The notes beneath the pieces are model-generated. The model saw only the letters and a program-made list of their open reading frames with translations, made no database searches and was not told the DNA's origin. Positions 20,226-29,454 of a stretch of 64,000 nt of DNA are shown here, one piece after another. Positions within the stretch are counted from its first letter, which is position 1, and the number at the start of each line of letters is the position of its first letter. Location: the sequence record SRR33789315_61. The stretch is one strand, 5' to 3'. The position numbers and the translations under genes were made by a program.

Positions 20226-21578
20226 TCAAAGTAAATCTTTGACTTGATCAAAATCTAGACCACCATAATTACCGCTGCTCATTAGTAAAAGAACTGTATC
20301 TTCTATTTCTAGATTAAATAAATAATCTTGAAAATCTACAGGATTGGTGTAAACTAATAGATCATCACGACCAAAAGCATCATGGATAAGATTATCGCTA
20401 ATCTTATCTAGCTTTTTAATCTTAATGGCTTCTGGCGAATAAAACACCACAGCCACTTCTGCTGCATCTAAAACACCTTTATATTCATCTAGAAAAGAGG
20501 TGTTTAAACTACTATAGGTGTGTAATTCTAAACAAGCTATTAGTTTTTTATCCGGATATTGTTTTTTTATAGCCAGTGTTGTCGCTTTAGCTTTTGAGGG
20601 TGAATGAGCAAAATCTTTATATGCGATATTAGATGCTGTTTCCCCTATTTTCTCGAGACGTTTTGCTGCTCCTTCAAATGAGGCGATCGCTTCGTAAAAA
20701 TCATCTTCATCTATACCCATATGCTGACAAACCCATTTTGCTCCAGCCAGATTACTTAAATTATGCTCCCCAAAAACTTGAATGGGCATAAAACCCTCTG
20801 GTGTTTCAATTTGAGTCTCGCCATTTTCTATAGTATAATTAGGCGTATGATAAGCGTGCTTTCTGGTGGGTGCAGTTGCATGTTCTGCAATTTCTTTTAC
20901 AGTCTCATCTTCTTCATTATAGACTAAAATCCCACCTTGCATAATAGAGTTTGCAAAAATTCTAAATTGATCTACATAACCTTCATAAGTGGGAAAAACA
21001 TTAATATGATCCCAGGCAATACCACTTATGAGTGCAATGTTGGGTTTATACAAATGAAATTTAGGTCTTCTATCTATAGGAGAAGATAGGTATTCATCAC
21101 CTTCTAATAACATAAACTCATTATCTTCTGTAAGATGCACCATCGTATCAAACCCCTTTAACTGAGCGCCTACCATAAAATCTACTTCTCTATCATGATA
21201 ATGTAAAACATGAAGTATCATAGAAGTTATAGTCGTTTTACCGTGTGAACCTCCTATTACAACCCTTGTTTTATACTTAGATTGTTCATACAAAAACTCG
21301 GGGTAGCTATATACTTTTAGTCCTAGTTCCTGCGCTTTTAAAAGTTCAGGATTATCTGCCTTAGCATGCATTCCTAAAATAACAGCATCTAACGCTTTGG
21401 TGATCTTAGTTTCATCCCAGCCTAATTCATCTGGAAGTAATCCTTTTTCACGCAATCTTGACTTTGAAGGTTCAAAAATAGCATCATCACTTCCCGTTAT
21501 AGTATAGCCTTTTTTATATAATGCAATGGCTAGATTGTGCATCGCACTACCGCCTATTGCTATAAAATGTATTTGCAT
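20226..21578 (-). CDS. mpl: Mur ligase, MurC/Mpl-like (murein peptide ligase)
   Basis: IHFIAIGGSAMHNLA, GSHGKTT P-loop, EGDEY, DFAHSP, MSSGNYGG. Confidence 0.8.
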   Translation of the reverse strand: MQIHFIAIGGSAMHNLAIALYKKGYTITGSDDAIFEPSKSRLREKGLLPDELGWDETKITKALDAVILGMHAKADNPELLKAQELGLKVYSYPEFLYEQSKYKTRVVIGGSHGKTTITSMILHVLHYHDREVDFMVGAQLKGFDTMVHLTEDNEFMLLEGDEYLSSPIDRRPKFHLYKPNIALISGIAWDHINVFPTYEGYVDQFRIFANSIMQGGILVYNEEDETVKEIAEHATAPTRKHAYHTPNYTIENGETQIETPEGFMPIQVFGEHNLSNLAGAKWVCQHMGIDEDDFYEAIASFEGAAKRLEKIGETASNIAYKDFAHSPSKAKATTLAIKKQYPDKKLIACLELHTYSSLNTSFLDEYKGVLDAAEVAVVFYSPEAIKIKKLDKISDNLIHDAFGRDDLLVYTNPVDFQDYLFNLEIEDTVLLLMSSGNYGGLDFDQVKDLL

Positions 21579-21635
21579 GGTATAGAATTCTTTACGTAAA
21601 GATAATAAGATTAAAAAGGCTCGGGTTGCCTAAAA

Positions 21636-22313
21636 TCAAGATTCTGTAAGAGATTTTTGAATTTTCTGAGATTCCTTATTACTCGTATGAAGTTCAGTTA
21701 GCTTCTTTTTCACCATTCCCGAATTGCCTTTTTTTCTAGCTTGGTCAAAGTACATGGCTGCCTCTTCTGGCCTTTCTTGCATTTCTGCAATATATCCTTT
21801 GGCTATTAAACCATCTACAGTAGAAATGTCTTCTAATTCTTCGGCATATTGACGCGCTTTACGCTCGCTGCCACCCAATATACCCGGTAATTTTAGATAA
21901 AGTTCTACAAGTGCCCAACGGGCATCTATATGTTTTGAGTCAAGCTCTGCAGCTTGGGTAAAATGTGTTTTTATATCTCCTATATAACGCAAAGCTTTTA
22001 ACTTACTTAAATTCATAGCCTTTACACCCATGCAGCCCGCATATTTGTAATGATATTCAGCGTTTTGAGGATAATTAGACACTAATTTCTCATAATAATA
22101 GATAGCGTTATCCCAATCATTTTGATGGCAAAAACTGGTGCCTAAATACTCCCAGCATTTCACCTTATTGCCTCCATTTTCTAAACTTGATTTAAAAAAA
22201 GGAATGGCTTCTTCATAATTTGAAGTATTAAAAAGAGCAACTGCCTTTTCATAATCATTTTGCTGACTAAAAAGTATACAGGGAAATAGCAATAGGTAAA
22301 TCCAAACTCTCAT
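21636..22313 (-). CDS. Exported TPR-repeat protein
   Basis: Signal peptide and TPR-like helical repeats (YLG...AIYYYEK, PGILGGS). Confidence 0.8.
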   Translation of the reverse strand: MRVWIYLLLFPCILFSQQNDYEKAVALFNTSNYEEAIPFFKSSLENGGNKVKCWEYLGTSFCHQNDWDNAIYYYEKLVSNYPQNAEYHYKYAGCMGVKAMNLSKLKALRYIGDIKTHFTQAAELDSKHIDARWALVELYLKLPGILGGSERKARQYAEELEDISTVDGLIAKGYIAEMQERPEEAAMYFDQARKKGNSGMVKKKLTELHTSNKESQKIQKSLTES

Positions 22314-22327
22314 AAATAAATCATCTA

Positions 22328-22846
22328 CTATTTAGGTGGGAAATTTTCAAAAACTTTACTTAGTACTTTAGTGAAATAAACCGTTCGCTCTTGAGGTTCC
22401 ATATCAAACTTTAGCTTGCTTTCACTAATCGCTTGCCAAATCAAAGCGTTTTTTTCGGCATTTATAAAATCTAAGGTAATAGATTGTGTTAGCTGTTCTC
22501 TTCCTAATGGAATACCAACTGTGCCGCCTATTCCTATATTTCTTCCGGCACCGCCTACTCCAACGCCTATGGTTTGTGGTTTATTATTTTCATACTGCTC
22601 AGCAAATACGTTTATAAGGATATCTGGAGTATCAGATTTAACAAATCCCTGCGCTTGTAAGAGGCTATCTGTAATGGTAATTAAACGTTTTTCGTCTAAT
22701 TCATTAAGACCTGATTCCATATCTGGCAGGAAGTTATACGATTTAAATTGCGTGAAATCAGCACTTTCATCATAATCATAATCTACCAAAATGCTCCCAC
22801 AAGAACACATAATCGCACATAGAAAAATGAAGAAACTATATTTCAT
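22328..22846 (-). CDS. DUF4136-like lipoprotein
   Basis: Lipobox, YDYD...DFTQFKSYNF, Gly-rich loop, LIWQA, C-terminal FPPK. Confidence 0.8.
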   Translation of the reverse strand: MKYSFFIFLCAIMCSCGSILVDYDYDESADFTQFKSYNFLPDMESGLNELDEKRLITITDSLLQAQGFVKSDTPDILINVFAEQYENNKPQTIGVGVGGAGRNIGIGGTVGIPLGREQLTQSITLDFINAEKNALIWQAISESKLKFDMEPQERTVYFTKVLSKVFENFPPK

Positions 22847-22915
22847 AATCCAATTTTGCTAAATATAACAAAAAAGACTTCCACAAATTATAATGAAACC
22901 CTAAATAATAGAATG

Positions 22916-23914
22916 CTACTTATTCAGCATTTCCCATAATTTATCTTTGAGAACAGTTAGCCCTTGCTGAGCCACCGAAGAAATAAATACATACGGGATA
23001 GGTAATGATGCTTTTAACTCTGCATCAAGTTCTTCTTTTAACTCTGCATCAAGCATATCGCTTTTAGAAATGGCTATTAATCGATCTTTATCGAGCATTT
23101 CTGGATTGTATTTTTTAAGCTCGTGAAGCAAAATGTCATATTGCTCAGCGATGTCTGGTGCATCTGCCGGGATCATAAACAGTAAAGTACTGTTTCTTTC
23201 AATATGACGTAAAAAACGATGTCCCAAACCTTTACCTTCTGCAGCACCTTCAATTATTCCTGGAATATCTGCAATAACAAATGTTTTAAAATCCCGGTAT
23301 TGTACAATTCCTAAATTGGGTTTTAATGTAGTAAACTCATAATCTGCAATCTTGGGTTTTGCCGCTGTTATCACAGATAATAAAGTAGATTTTCCGGCAT
23401 TAGGAAACCCTACCAGACCTACATCTGCAAGTACTTTTAACTCTAGTGTTACATCCCTCTCTACGCCAGGCATACCTGGTTGTGCATACCTGGGTGTCTG
23501 GTTTGTGGATGATTTAAAATGGTCATTTCCCAGACCACCCATTCCGCCTTTAGCGATAATAAAATCTTCTCCTTCTTGAGTAAGTTCTTTTAGGGTTTCT
23601 CCCGTTTCGGTATCTTTTACAACCGTTCCTAAAGGCACTTCTAAAATCACATCCTCTCCATCTGCTCCTGTACTGGTTTGTTTACTCCCGTTAGACCCAT
23701 GACCAGCTCTGATATGCCTTTTAAATTTTAAATGTAATAAGGTCCAAAGGTTGCTGTTTGTTCGCAAAATGATATGACCACCTCGGCCACCATCACCACC
23801 ATCAGGTCCTCCTTTTTCCAGGTATTTTTCACGACGCAGATGGGCAGAACCCGCTCCACCTTTACCAGAGGTAACATGCATTTTTATATAATCAACAAAA
23901 TTTCCTTCGGTCAT
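22916..23914 (-). CDS. obgE: GTPase ObgE/CgtA
   Basis: Gly-rich Obg fold [35 protein letters not shown]. Confidence 0.97.
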   Translation of the reverse strand: MTEGNFVDYIKMHVTSGKGGAGSAHLRREKYLEKGGPDGGDGGRGGHIILRTNSNLWTLLHLKFKRHIRAGHGSNGSKQTSTGADGEDVILEVPLGTVVKDTETGETLKELTQEGEDFIIAKGGMGGLGNDHFKSSTNQTPRYAQPGMPGVERDVTLELKVLADVGLVGFPNAGKSTLLSVITAAKPKIADYEFTTLKPNLGIVQYRDFKTFVIADIPGIIEGAAEGKGLGHRFLRHIERNSTLLFMIPADAPDIAEQYDILLHELKKYNPEMLDKDRLIAISKSDMLDAELKEELDAELKASLPIPYVFISSVAQQGLTVLKDKLWEMLNK

Positions 23915-23932
23915 GAATTAAAAGTTTGGTTT

Positions 23933-23976
23933 AAAAAACAAGAAGTTAGCCAAAAGATTTTACTTCTGCTAACTCC
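23933..23976 (-). terminator. Probable terminator/attenuator between adk and obgE
   Basis: Minus strand GGAGTTAGC-AGAAG-loop-CTTTT-G-GCTAACTTC followed by TTGTTTTTT. Confidence 0.5.
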
Positions 23977-24007
23977 ATAAATATACTATAAATAGACTGT
24001 GTGCGGA

Positions 24008-25117
24008 CTATACTAAACCGTCAATTACAACACTAAGTCGGTCTGTTATTTCCTCAATACTACCTTGACCATCTACGCCATAAAACTTATCTTTTTTCTC
24101 GTAGTAGCCTTTTAAAATAGCTGTTTCATCGTAATAAACTTTGATTCTGTTTCTTATAACAGCCTCATTAGCATCATCCTTACGACCAGAAGTTTTACCA
24201 CGCTCTAAAAGACGTTCTACTAAAATCTCATCGTCAACTTCAAGCGCCACCATTCCGGCAACTTCGGTATTTTTACTTTCCAGTAATACGTCAAGTGCTT
24301 CTGCTTGTGCCGTTGTTCTGGGGAAACCATCAAAAATAAATCCCTTGGCTTCCGGGTTTTTCTCTACTTCAGCATTCAGCATGTCTATCGTTACAGAATC
24401 TGGTACCAGTTGCCCTTTATCCATATATGATTTAGCCATTAAGCCCAGCTCCGTTGCATTTTTAATATTGTATCTAAAAACATCTCCAGTAGAAATATGC
24501 TTTAAATCGTACTTTTCTTTTAAAACTGAAGCTTGTGTACCTTTTCCGGCACCTGGAGGGCCAAACAATACTAAATTGATCATTTTTGTATTTTTTAATT
24601 TATAAATTGTATTCAGATTGCGACCCAAACCATTATAATCTAACCCATAACCCACGATAAACTCGTTCGGAATAGATAAGCCGTAATAATGTATTTTATA
24701 TTCTTTGGTATAAGCCTCGGGTTTAAAAAACATAGCCGCTATGCGATAATTCTCTACCCCATCACGCACAAAAAGCTCAACTAGTTTCTCAATGGTATTA
24801 CCTGTATCCACAATATCCTCAACAACAATAACTTCGCGGTCTTTTAAATCCATATCCAGCTCCATACTAGAAATGACATTCCCCGTAGAAAGCGTCCCGT
24901 CATAGGAGCTCATTTTAATAAATTCTACCTCACAATTGCCCTCAAATCTACTGATTAGGTCTGACGCAAAGCGAAAAGCACCCGTTAATACAACTAAAAA
25001 AACCGGATTCTTTCCGGCATAATCAGCATTAATACGTGCCGCAACAGCTATGGTTGCCGCCTCAATCGTAAGAGGATCAATAGATTTCTCAAAGGTTAAT
25101 CCGTAAAGTTTAATCAT
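24008..25117 (-). CDS. adk: Hypoxanthine phosphoribosyltransferase - adenylate kinase fusion
   Basis: N-half has the PRPP-binding VIVVEDIVDTGNT and FIVGYGLDY (Hpt). C-half from the ATG at 24583 has GPPGAGKGTQA, HISTGD and FDGFPRT (Adk). No stop between them. Start moved to 25117. Confidence 0.9.
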   Translation of the reverse strand: MIKLYGLTFEKSIDPLTIEAATIAVAARINADYAGKNPVFLVVLTGAFRFASDLISRFEGNCEVEFIKMSSYDGTLSTGNVISSMELDMDLKDREVIVVEDIVDTGNTIEKLVELFVRDGVENYRIAAMFFKPEAYTKEYKIHYYGLSIPNEFIVGYGLDYNGLGRNLNTIYKLKNTKMINLVLFGPPGAGKGTQASVLKEKYDLKHISTGDVFRYNIKNATELGLMAKSYMDKGQLVPDSVTIDMLNAEVEKNPEAKGFIFDGFPRTTAQAEALDVLLESKNTEVAGMVALEVDDEILVERLLERGKTSGRKDDANEAVIRNRIKVYYDETAILKGYYEKKDKFYGVDGQGSIEEITDRLSVVIDGLV

Positions 25118-25276
25118 TTCTGCAAAGACTAAATTGGGTGCCAAATATAAGCATTATACTAGAGCTATACCGCTAGAGTTGCTGTTGTTTTATTTCACTT
25201 AAAGCCAAAAATATATCGTTTGCATTATATAACGCAAACAAATGCTGTGAATGTTAAGTGTTAAAACCGAAACGAT

Positions 25277-25284
25277 TATTTTTG
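25277..25284 (+). promoter_or_regulatory. -7 element upstream of purK
   Basis: TATTTTTG matches TAnnTTTG, 55 nt before the purK ATG. Confidence 0.5.
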
Positions 25285-25339
25285 TAGGCAATTTGACGGA
25301 AGGTTTTCTGTAAACCGAAACCGAAAAACGGTAATCCTT

Positions 25340-26497
25340 ATGAGCGATTTTTTTTCATCAGATTTTAAACTGGGTATTCTGGGTGGCGGCCAATTGGGCA
25401 AAATGCTCTTGTATGAAACCCGAAAGTTTGATATCCAGACCTATGTAATAGATCCCAGTGCAGAAGCTCCGGGGAGACTGGCCTGCGATCATTTTGAACA
25501 GGGAAGCCTGATGGATTTTGACACGGTTTACCACTTCGGAAAAAAAGTAGATGTACTCACCTTTGAGATCGAATCGGTGAATGTTGCTGCACTCGAAAAA
25601 TTACAAGCCGAAGGCATCACTGTGTATCCCGCGCCGCAAACTTTGCGCATCATACAGGATAAAGGCACACAAAAAACCTTTTATAAAACCCATACTATTC
25701 CTACCGCGCCTTTTGAAATATATACCGATTTACCTGCCTTAAAAGCAGCTTTAACTTCTGGAAAACATCCTTTTCCTTTTGTGTGGAAAAGCACTCAGGG
25801 TGGTTATGACGGTAAGGGCGTAAAAGTGGTGCGAACGCAGGACGATTTACTCGCATTGCCCGACACGGCTTGTATTGCCGAAGAAATGATTCCGTTTAAA
25901 AACGAATTGGCTGTGATTGTAGCGCGCAATCCTTCTGGTGCCATTAAAACCTATCCGGTTGTAGAAATGGAATTTCATCCCGAAGCCAATCAGGTAGAAT
26001 ACGTGTTGTGCCCGGCGCGTATTCCGGAAGTGATTTCGCAGAAAGCGCAACAAATCGCCATTCAGGTTTCAGAAGCTTTTCAGCATGTAGGCCTGCTTGC
26101 TGTGGAGATGTTTTTGACCCAAGGGGATGAAATTTTAGTCAACGAAGTGGCGCCAAGACCGCACAACAGCGGGCATTATAGTATAGAAGGCAGTTATACC
26201 AACCAATTTGAGCAACATCTACGTGCGATTTTAAACCTTCCGCTAGGAAAAACAGCCAACAAAACGGCTTCGGTTATGGTAAATCTGGTGGGCGAAGAAG
26301 GCTATCAAGGGCAAGTGCTTTATCAAAACATTGCCCAAATCTTAGAAATGCCCGGTGTCACTCCCCATATTTACGGTAAAAAAGAAACACGTCCTTTTCG
26401 CAAAATGGGGCACGTTACCATTATAGACGAAGATATAAACGAAGCACGCAAAGTAGCCGAAAAAGTAAAAAAAGCAATTAAAGTAATAAGTGAGTAA
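25340..26497 (+). CDS. purK: N5-CAIR synthase
   Basis: GILGGGQLGKM, GYDGKG, NEVAPRPHNSGH, YGK...RKMGH. Confidence 0.96.
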   Translation: MSDFFSSDFKLGILGGGQLGKMLLYETRKFDIQTYVIDPSAEAPGRLACDHFEQGSLMDFDTVYHFGKKVDVLTFEIESVNVAALEKLQAEGITVYPAPQTLRIIQDKGTQKTFYKTHTIPTAPFEIYTDLPALKAALTSGKHPFPFVWKSTQGGYDGKGVKVVRTQDDLLALPDTACIAEEMIPFKNELAVIVARNPSGAIKTYPVVEMEFHPEANQVEYVLCPARIPEVISQKAQQIAIQVSEAFQHVGLLAVEMFLTQGDEILVNEVAPRPHNSGHYSIEGSYTNQFEQHLRAILNLPLGKTANKTASVMVNLVGEEGYQGQVLYQNIAQILEMPGVTPHIYGKKETRPFRKMGHVTIIDEDINEARKVAEKVKKAIKVISE

Positions 26498-26552
26498 ATT
26501 TGAAAATCCTAACGCTTCAACTTTAGAAAACGACAGGACTAAAAAAATAACT

Positions 26553-27038
26553 ATGGCAGTAGGAATCATTATGGGAAGCACCAGCGACCTACCAGTAATG
26601 CAGGAAGCGATCGATATTCTTAAGGAGTTTGGTATCACCACAGAAGTAGATATCGTCTCTGCACACCGCACTCCAGAAAAATTATTTGATTACGGTAAAC
26701 ATGCCCATACCCGCGGTATTCAGGTGATTATTGCCGGTGCCGGTGGCGCAGCGCACTTGCCGGGAATGGTAGCTTCGCTCTCGCCTTTACCCGTTATTGG
26801 CGTTCCTGTTAAATCCCGAAATTCGATCGACGGTTGGGATTCTGTATTGTCTATTTTACAAATGCCGGGCGGCGTTCCTGTAGCAACGGTAGCACTTGAT
26901 GGAGCCAAAAATGCAGGAATCCTTGCTGCACAAATCATAGGTTCTTCAAACCCCGAAGTGCTCAATAAAATAGTAGCCTATAAAGAAGGCTTGAAAGAAA
27001 AAGTGATCCGCGGTGCGGAAGAAATGAAAAAGAAATAA
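26553..27038 (+). CDS. purE: N5-CAIR mutase
   Basis: IIMGSTSD, SAHRTP, AGAGGAAHLPGM, QMPGGVPVAT. Start moved to the ATG at 26553. Confidence 0.96.
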   Translation: MAVGIIMGSTSDLPVMQEAIDILKEFGITTEVDIVSAHRTPEKLFDYGKHAHTRGIQVIIAGAGGAAHLPGMVASLSPLPVIGVPVKSRNSIDGWDSVLSILQMPGGVPVATVALDGAKNAGILAAQIIGSSNPEVLNKIVAYKEGLKEKVIRGAEEMKKK

Positions 27039-27055
27039 CCAAACCCTTGTTTTTT

Positions 27056-27275
27056 GGCCTAAGAAAATTTGACTTAGAAAATAAGTGTAGCTGAAGAAGA
27101 AGCAAAAATCTTCTTTTGTTTTAAAATTAAATAGACAACGATTTTATCTTATTTTCTTAACCTTTTTTAGGAATATGAATTTTTATTTTTGTGCTGAAGC
27201 GAAAAGAAATTTTCAGTTAAATTTTCTTCAGCCTTGATTTTTTTTGGTTCGTTTTTTTATCAAGAAAAAAATGAA
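27056..27275. repeat. Structured intergenic MITE/REP-like element
   Basis: Imperfect inverted repeat GGCCTAAGAAAATTTGACTTAGAAAAT (27056-27082) vs ATTTTCAGTTAAATTTTCTTCAGCC (27209-27233), followed by hairpin TTCGTTTTTTT-ATCAAG-AAAAAAATGAA. Confidence 0.55.
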
Positions 27276-27310
27276 TACAACTAATAAATGATTTAAGAAG
27301 ATATTAGAAA

Positions 27311-29356
27311 ATGAAAAATAGCATACTAAGCGACGAAAATATATTGTTACAGCCTTTTAACGAGGCTCCCTTTTCAAAAATAAAAACCGAAGATTTTCAA
27401 CCCGCTATTGAGGCCGCCATTGAGCAAGCCCGCGCAGAGATTGACGCAATTACACAAAACCAAGACGAGCCCACTTTTAAAAACACGATTGAAGCACTGG
27501 ATTACGCGGGTCAACAACTAGACCGTGTTACCAGCGTTTTTTTCAACCTCAATAGTGCAGAGACTAACGAAGAAATTCAAAAGATTGCGCAGGAAGTTTC
27601 CCCAAAACTTTCGGCTTTTTCTAATGATATTACCCTCAACGAGCAACTCTTTAAATGCGTAAAAACGGTTTATGAGCAGCGCGACCAACTCGACCTTACC
27701 ACAGAACAGCAAACGCTTCTGGATAAAAAATACAAAGGTTTTTCCCGCAACGGCGCCAATCTTCCCGAAGATAAAAAAACACGCTTACGCGAAATAGATA
27801 CTGAACTGAGCAAACTCAAATTAAAATTCGGTGAAAATGTATTGGCAGAAACCAACAAGTACGAGCTGCACCTTACCAATGAGGAAGATCTAAAAGGTTT
27901 GCCGGAAAGTGCCAAAGAAGCTGCCGCACAAATAGCAGCAGAAAAAGAAAAAGAGGGCTGGATCATCACGCTGGATTATCCCAGTTATATCCCTTTTATG
28001 AAATATGCCGAAAACAGGGCGTTGCGTAAACAACTCGCTATTGCCTTTGGCGCCCGTGCTTTTCACGGGGATGCACTCGATAATCAGGAAAACGTGCTGC
28101 AAATTGCCAAGCTGCGTTACCAGCGCGCGCAGTTATTGGGCTACAAGACACACGCACATTTTGTATTAGAAGAACGTATGGCAAAATCTCCTGAAAACGT
28201 CCTGCATTTTCTGGAAGATCTACTTGCAAAAGCAAAACCCGCCGCCGAACGCGAGTTTACGCAATTGGAAAACTTTGCTAAAGAACTGGATCCCATTGAC
28301 AGACTCGAAAAATGGGATGGCTCCTATTATTCAGAAAAGTTGAAACAGAAATTGTTTGACCTGGATGACGAGCAGTTAAAACCGTATTTTAAACTAGAAA
28401 ATGTAATAGCCGGTGTTTTTACCGTTGCCGAAAAACTCTACGGACTCACCTTTAAAGAGGTTTTTGATGTAGAAAAATACCATCCTGATGTGAGGACGTA
28501 TCGGGTGCATGATGAAAACAGCAACTTGGTTTCGTTATTCTATGCAGATTTTCATCCGCGAGCCGGAAAACGCGGTGGTGCCTGGATGACTTCTTTTAAA
28601 GGACAAATGGTGAAAGATGGTGTTAATGAGCGTCCGCATATCTCGAATGTGTGCAACTTTACCAAACCTACCAAAACAAAACCCTCACTGCTTACTTTTA
28701 ACGAAGTCACTACTTTGTTTCACGAGTTTGGTCACGGACTTCACGGGATGTTGGCCAATACTATTTACCCGAGTCTTTCGGGAACTTCGGTGTATTGGGA
28801 TTTTGTTGAGCTGCCCAGTCAGGTTTTAGAAAACTGGTGTTATGAGCCCGAAGCATTAGCACTTTTTGCCAAACATTATGAGACCGGCGAAATCATTCCG
28901 CAGGAATTGATCGATAAAATTAAAAAGGCAGCCAACTTTCAAGAAGGGATGCAAACCTTGCGCCAATTGAGTTTTGGCATGTTAGACATGTCTTGGCACG
29001 GTGCAGACCCAACTGCCATAACTGATGTTAAAGTACACGAAGTGGCTGCTTTTAGCGATACGCAACTCTATCCGGATGTAGCAATAAACTGTATGAGTAC
29101 TTCTTTCTCACACATCTTTCAAGGAGGATATTCCTCTGGATATTACAGTTACAAATGGGCCGAAGTCCTCGATGCAGATGCCTTTGCTTATTTTCAAGAA
29201 AATGGAATTTTCAATAAAGAAGTAGCGCAAAAATTCAAGGAAAATGTGCTTTCGCAAGGCGGAACCCAAGATCCTATGCTGTTGTATAAACGCTTCCGCG
29301 GAAAAGAACCCAATCCCGAAGCTTTGTTGAAACGAGCTGGTTTAGTTGAAGCTTAA
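27311..29356 (+). CDS. dcp: M3 family metallopeptidase (peptidyl-dipeptidase Dcp/oligopeptidase A)
   Basis: TLFHEFGHGLH zinc motif, WDFVELPSQ, FSHIFQGGYSSGYYSYKWAE. Confidence 0.9.
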   Translation: MKNSILSDENILLQPFNEAPFSKIKTEDFQPAIEAAIEQARAEIDAITQNQDEPTFKNTIEALDYAGQQLDRVTSVFFNLNSAETNEEIQKIAQEVSPKLSAFSNDITLNEQLFKCVKTVYEQRDQLDLTTEQQTLLDKKYKGFSRNGANLPEDKKTRLREIDTELSKLKLKFGENVLAETNKYELHLTNEEDLKGLPESAKEAAAQIAAEKEKEGWIITLDYPSYIPFMKYAENRALRKQLAIAFGARAFHGDALDNQENVLQIAKLRYQRAQLLGYKTHAHFVLEERMAKSPENVLHFLEDLLAKAKPAAEREFTQLENFAKELDPIDRLEKWDGSYYSEKLKQKLFDLDDEQLKPYFKLENVIAGVFTVAEKLYGLTFKEVFDVEKYHPDVRTYRVHDENSNLVSLFYADFHPRAGKRGGAWMTSFKGQMVKDGVNERPHISNVCNFTKPTKTKPSLLTFNEVTTLFHEFGHGLHGMLANTIYPSLSGTSVYWDFVELPSQVLENWCYEPEALALFAKHYETGEIIPQELIDKIKKAANFQEGMQTLRQLSFGMLDMSWHGADPTAITDVKVHEVAAFSDTQLYPDVAINCMSTSFSHIFQGGYSSGYYSYKWAEVLDADAFAYFQENGIFNKEVAQKFKENVLSQGGTQDPMLLYKRFRGKEPNPEALLKRAGLVEA

Positions 29357-29370
29357 ACTTTCTAAAAAAT

Positions 29371-29401
29371 AAAAATCCCGATTTTTCAATCGGGATTTTT
29401 T
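29371..29401 (+). terminator. Rho-independent terminator after dcp
   Basis: AAAAATCCCGATT-TTTC-AATCGGGATTTTTT perfect stem. Confidence 0.9.
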
Positions 29402-29454
29402 ATTCCCCTAATTTCCAATTCGAATGAAGTATCTTGTTCATTTAAGCATATTGA

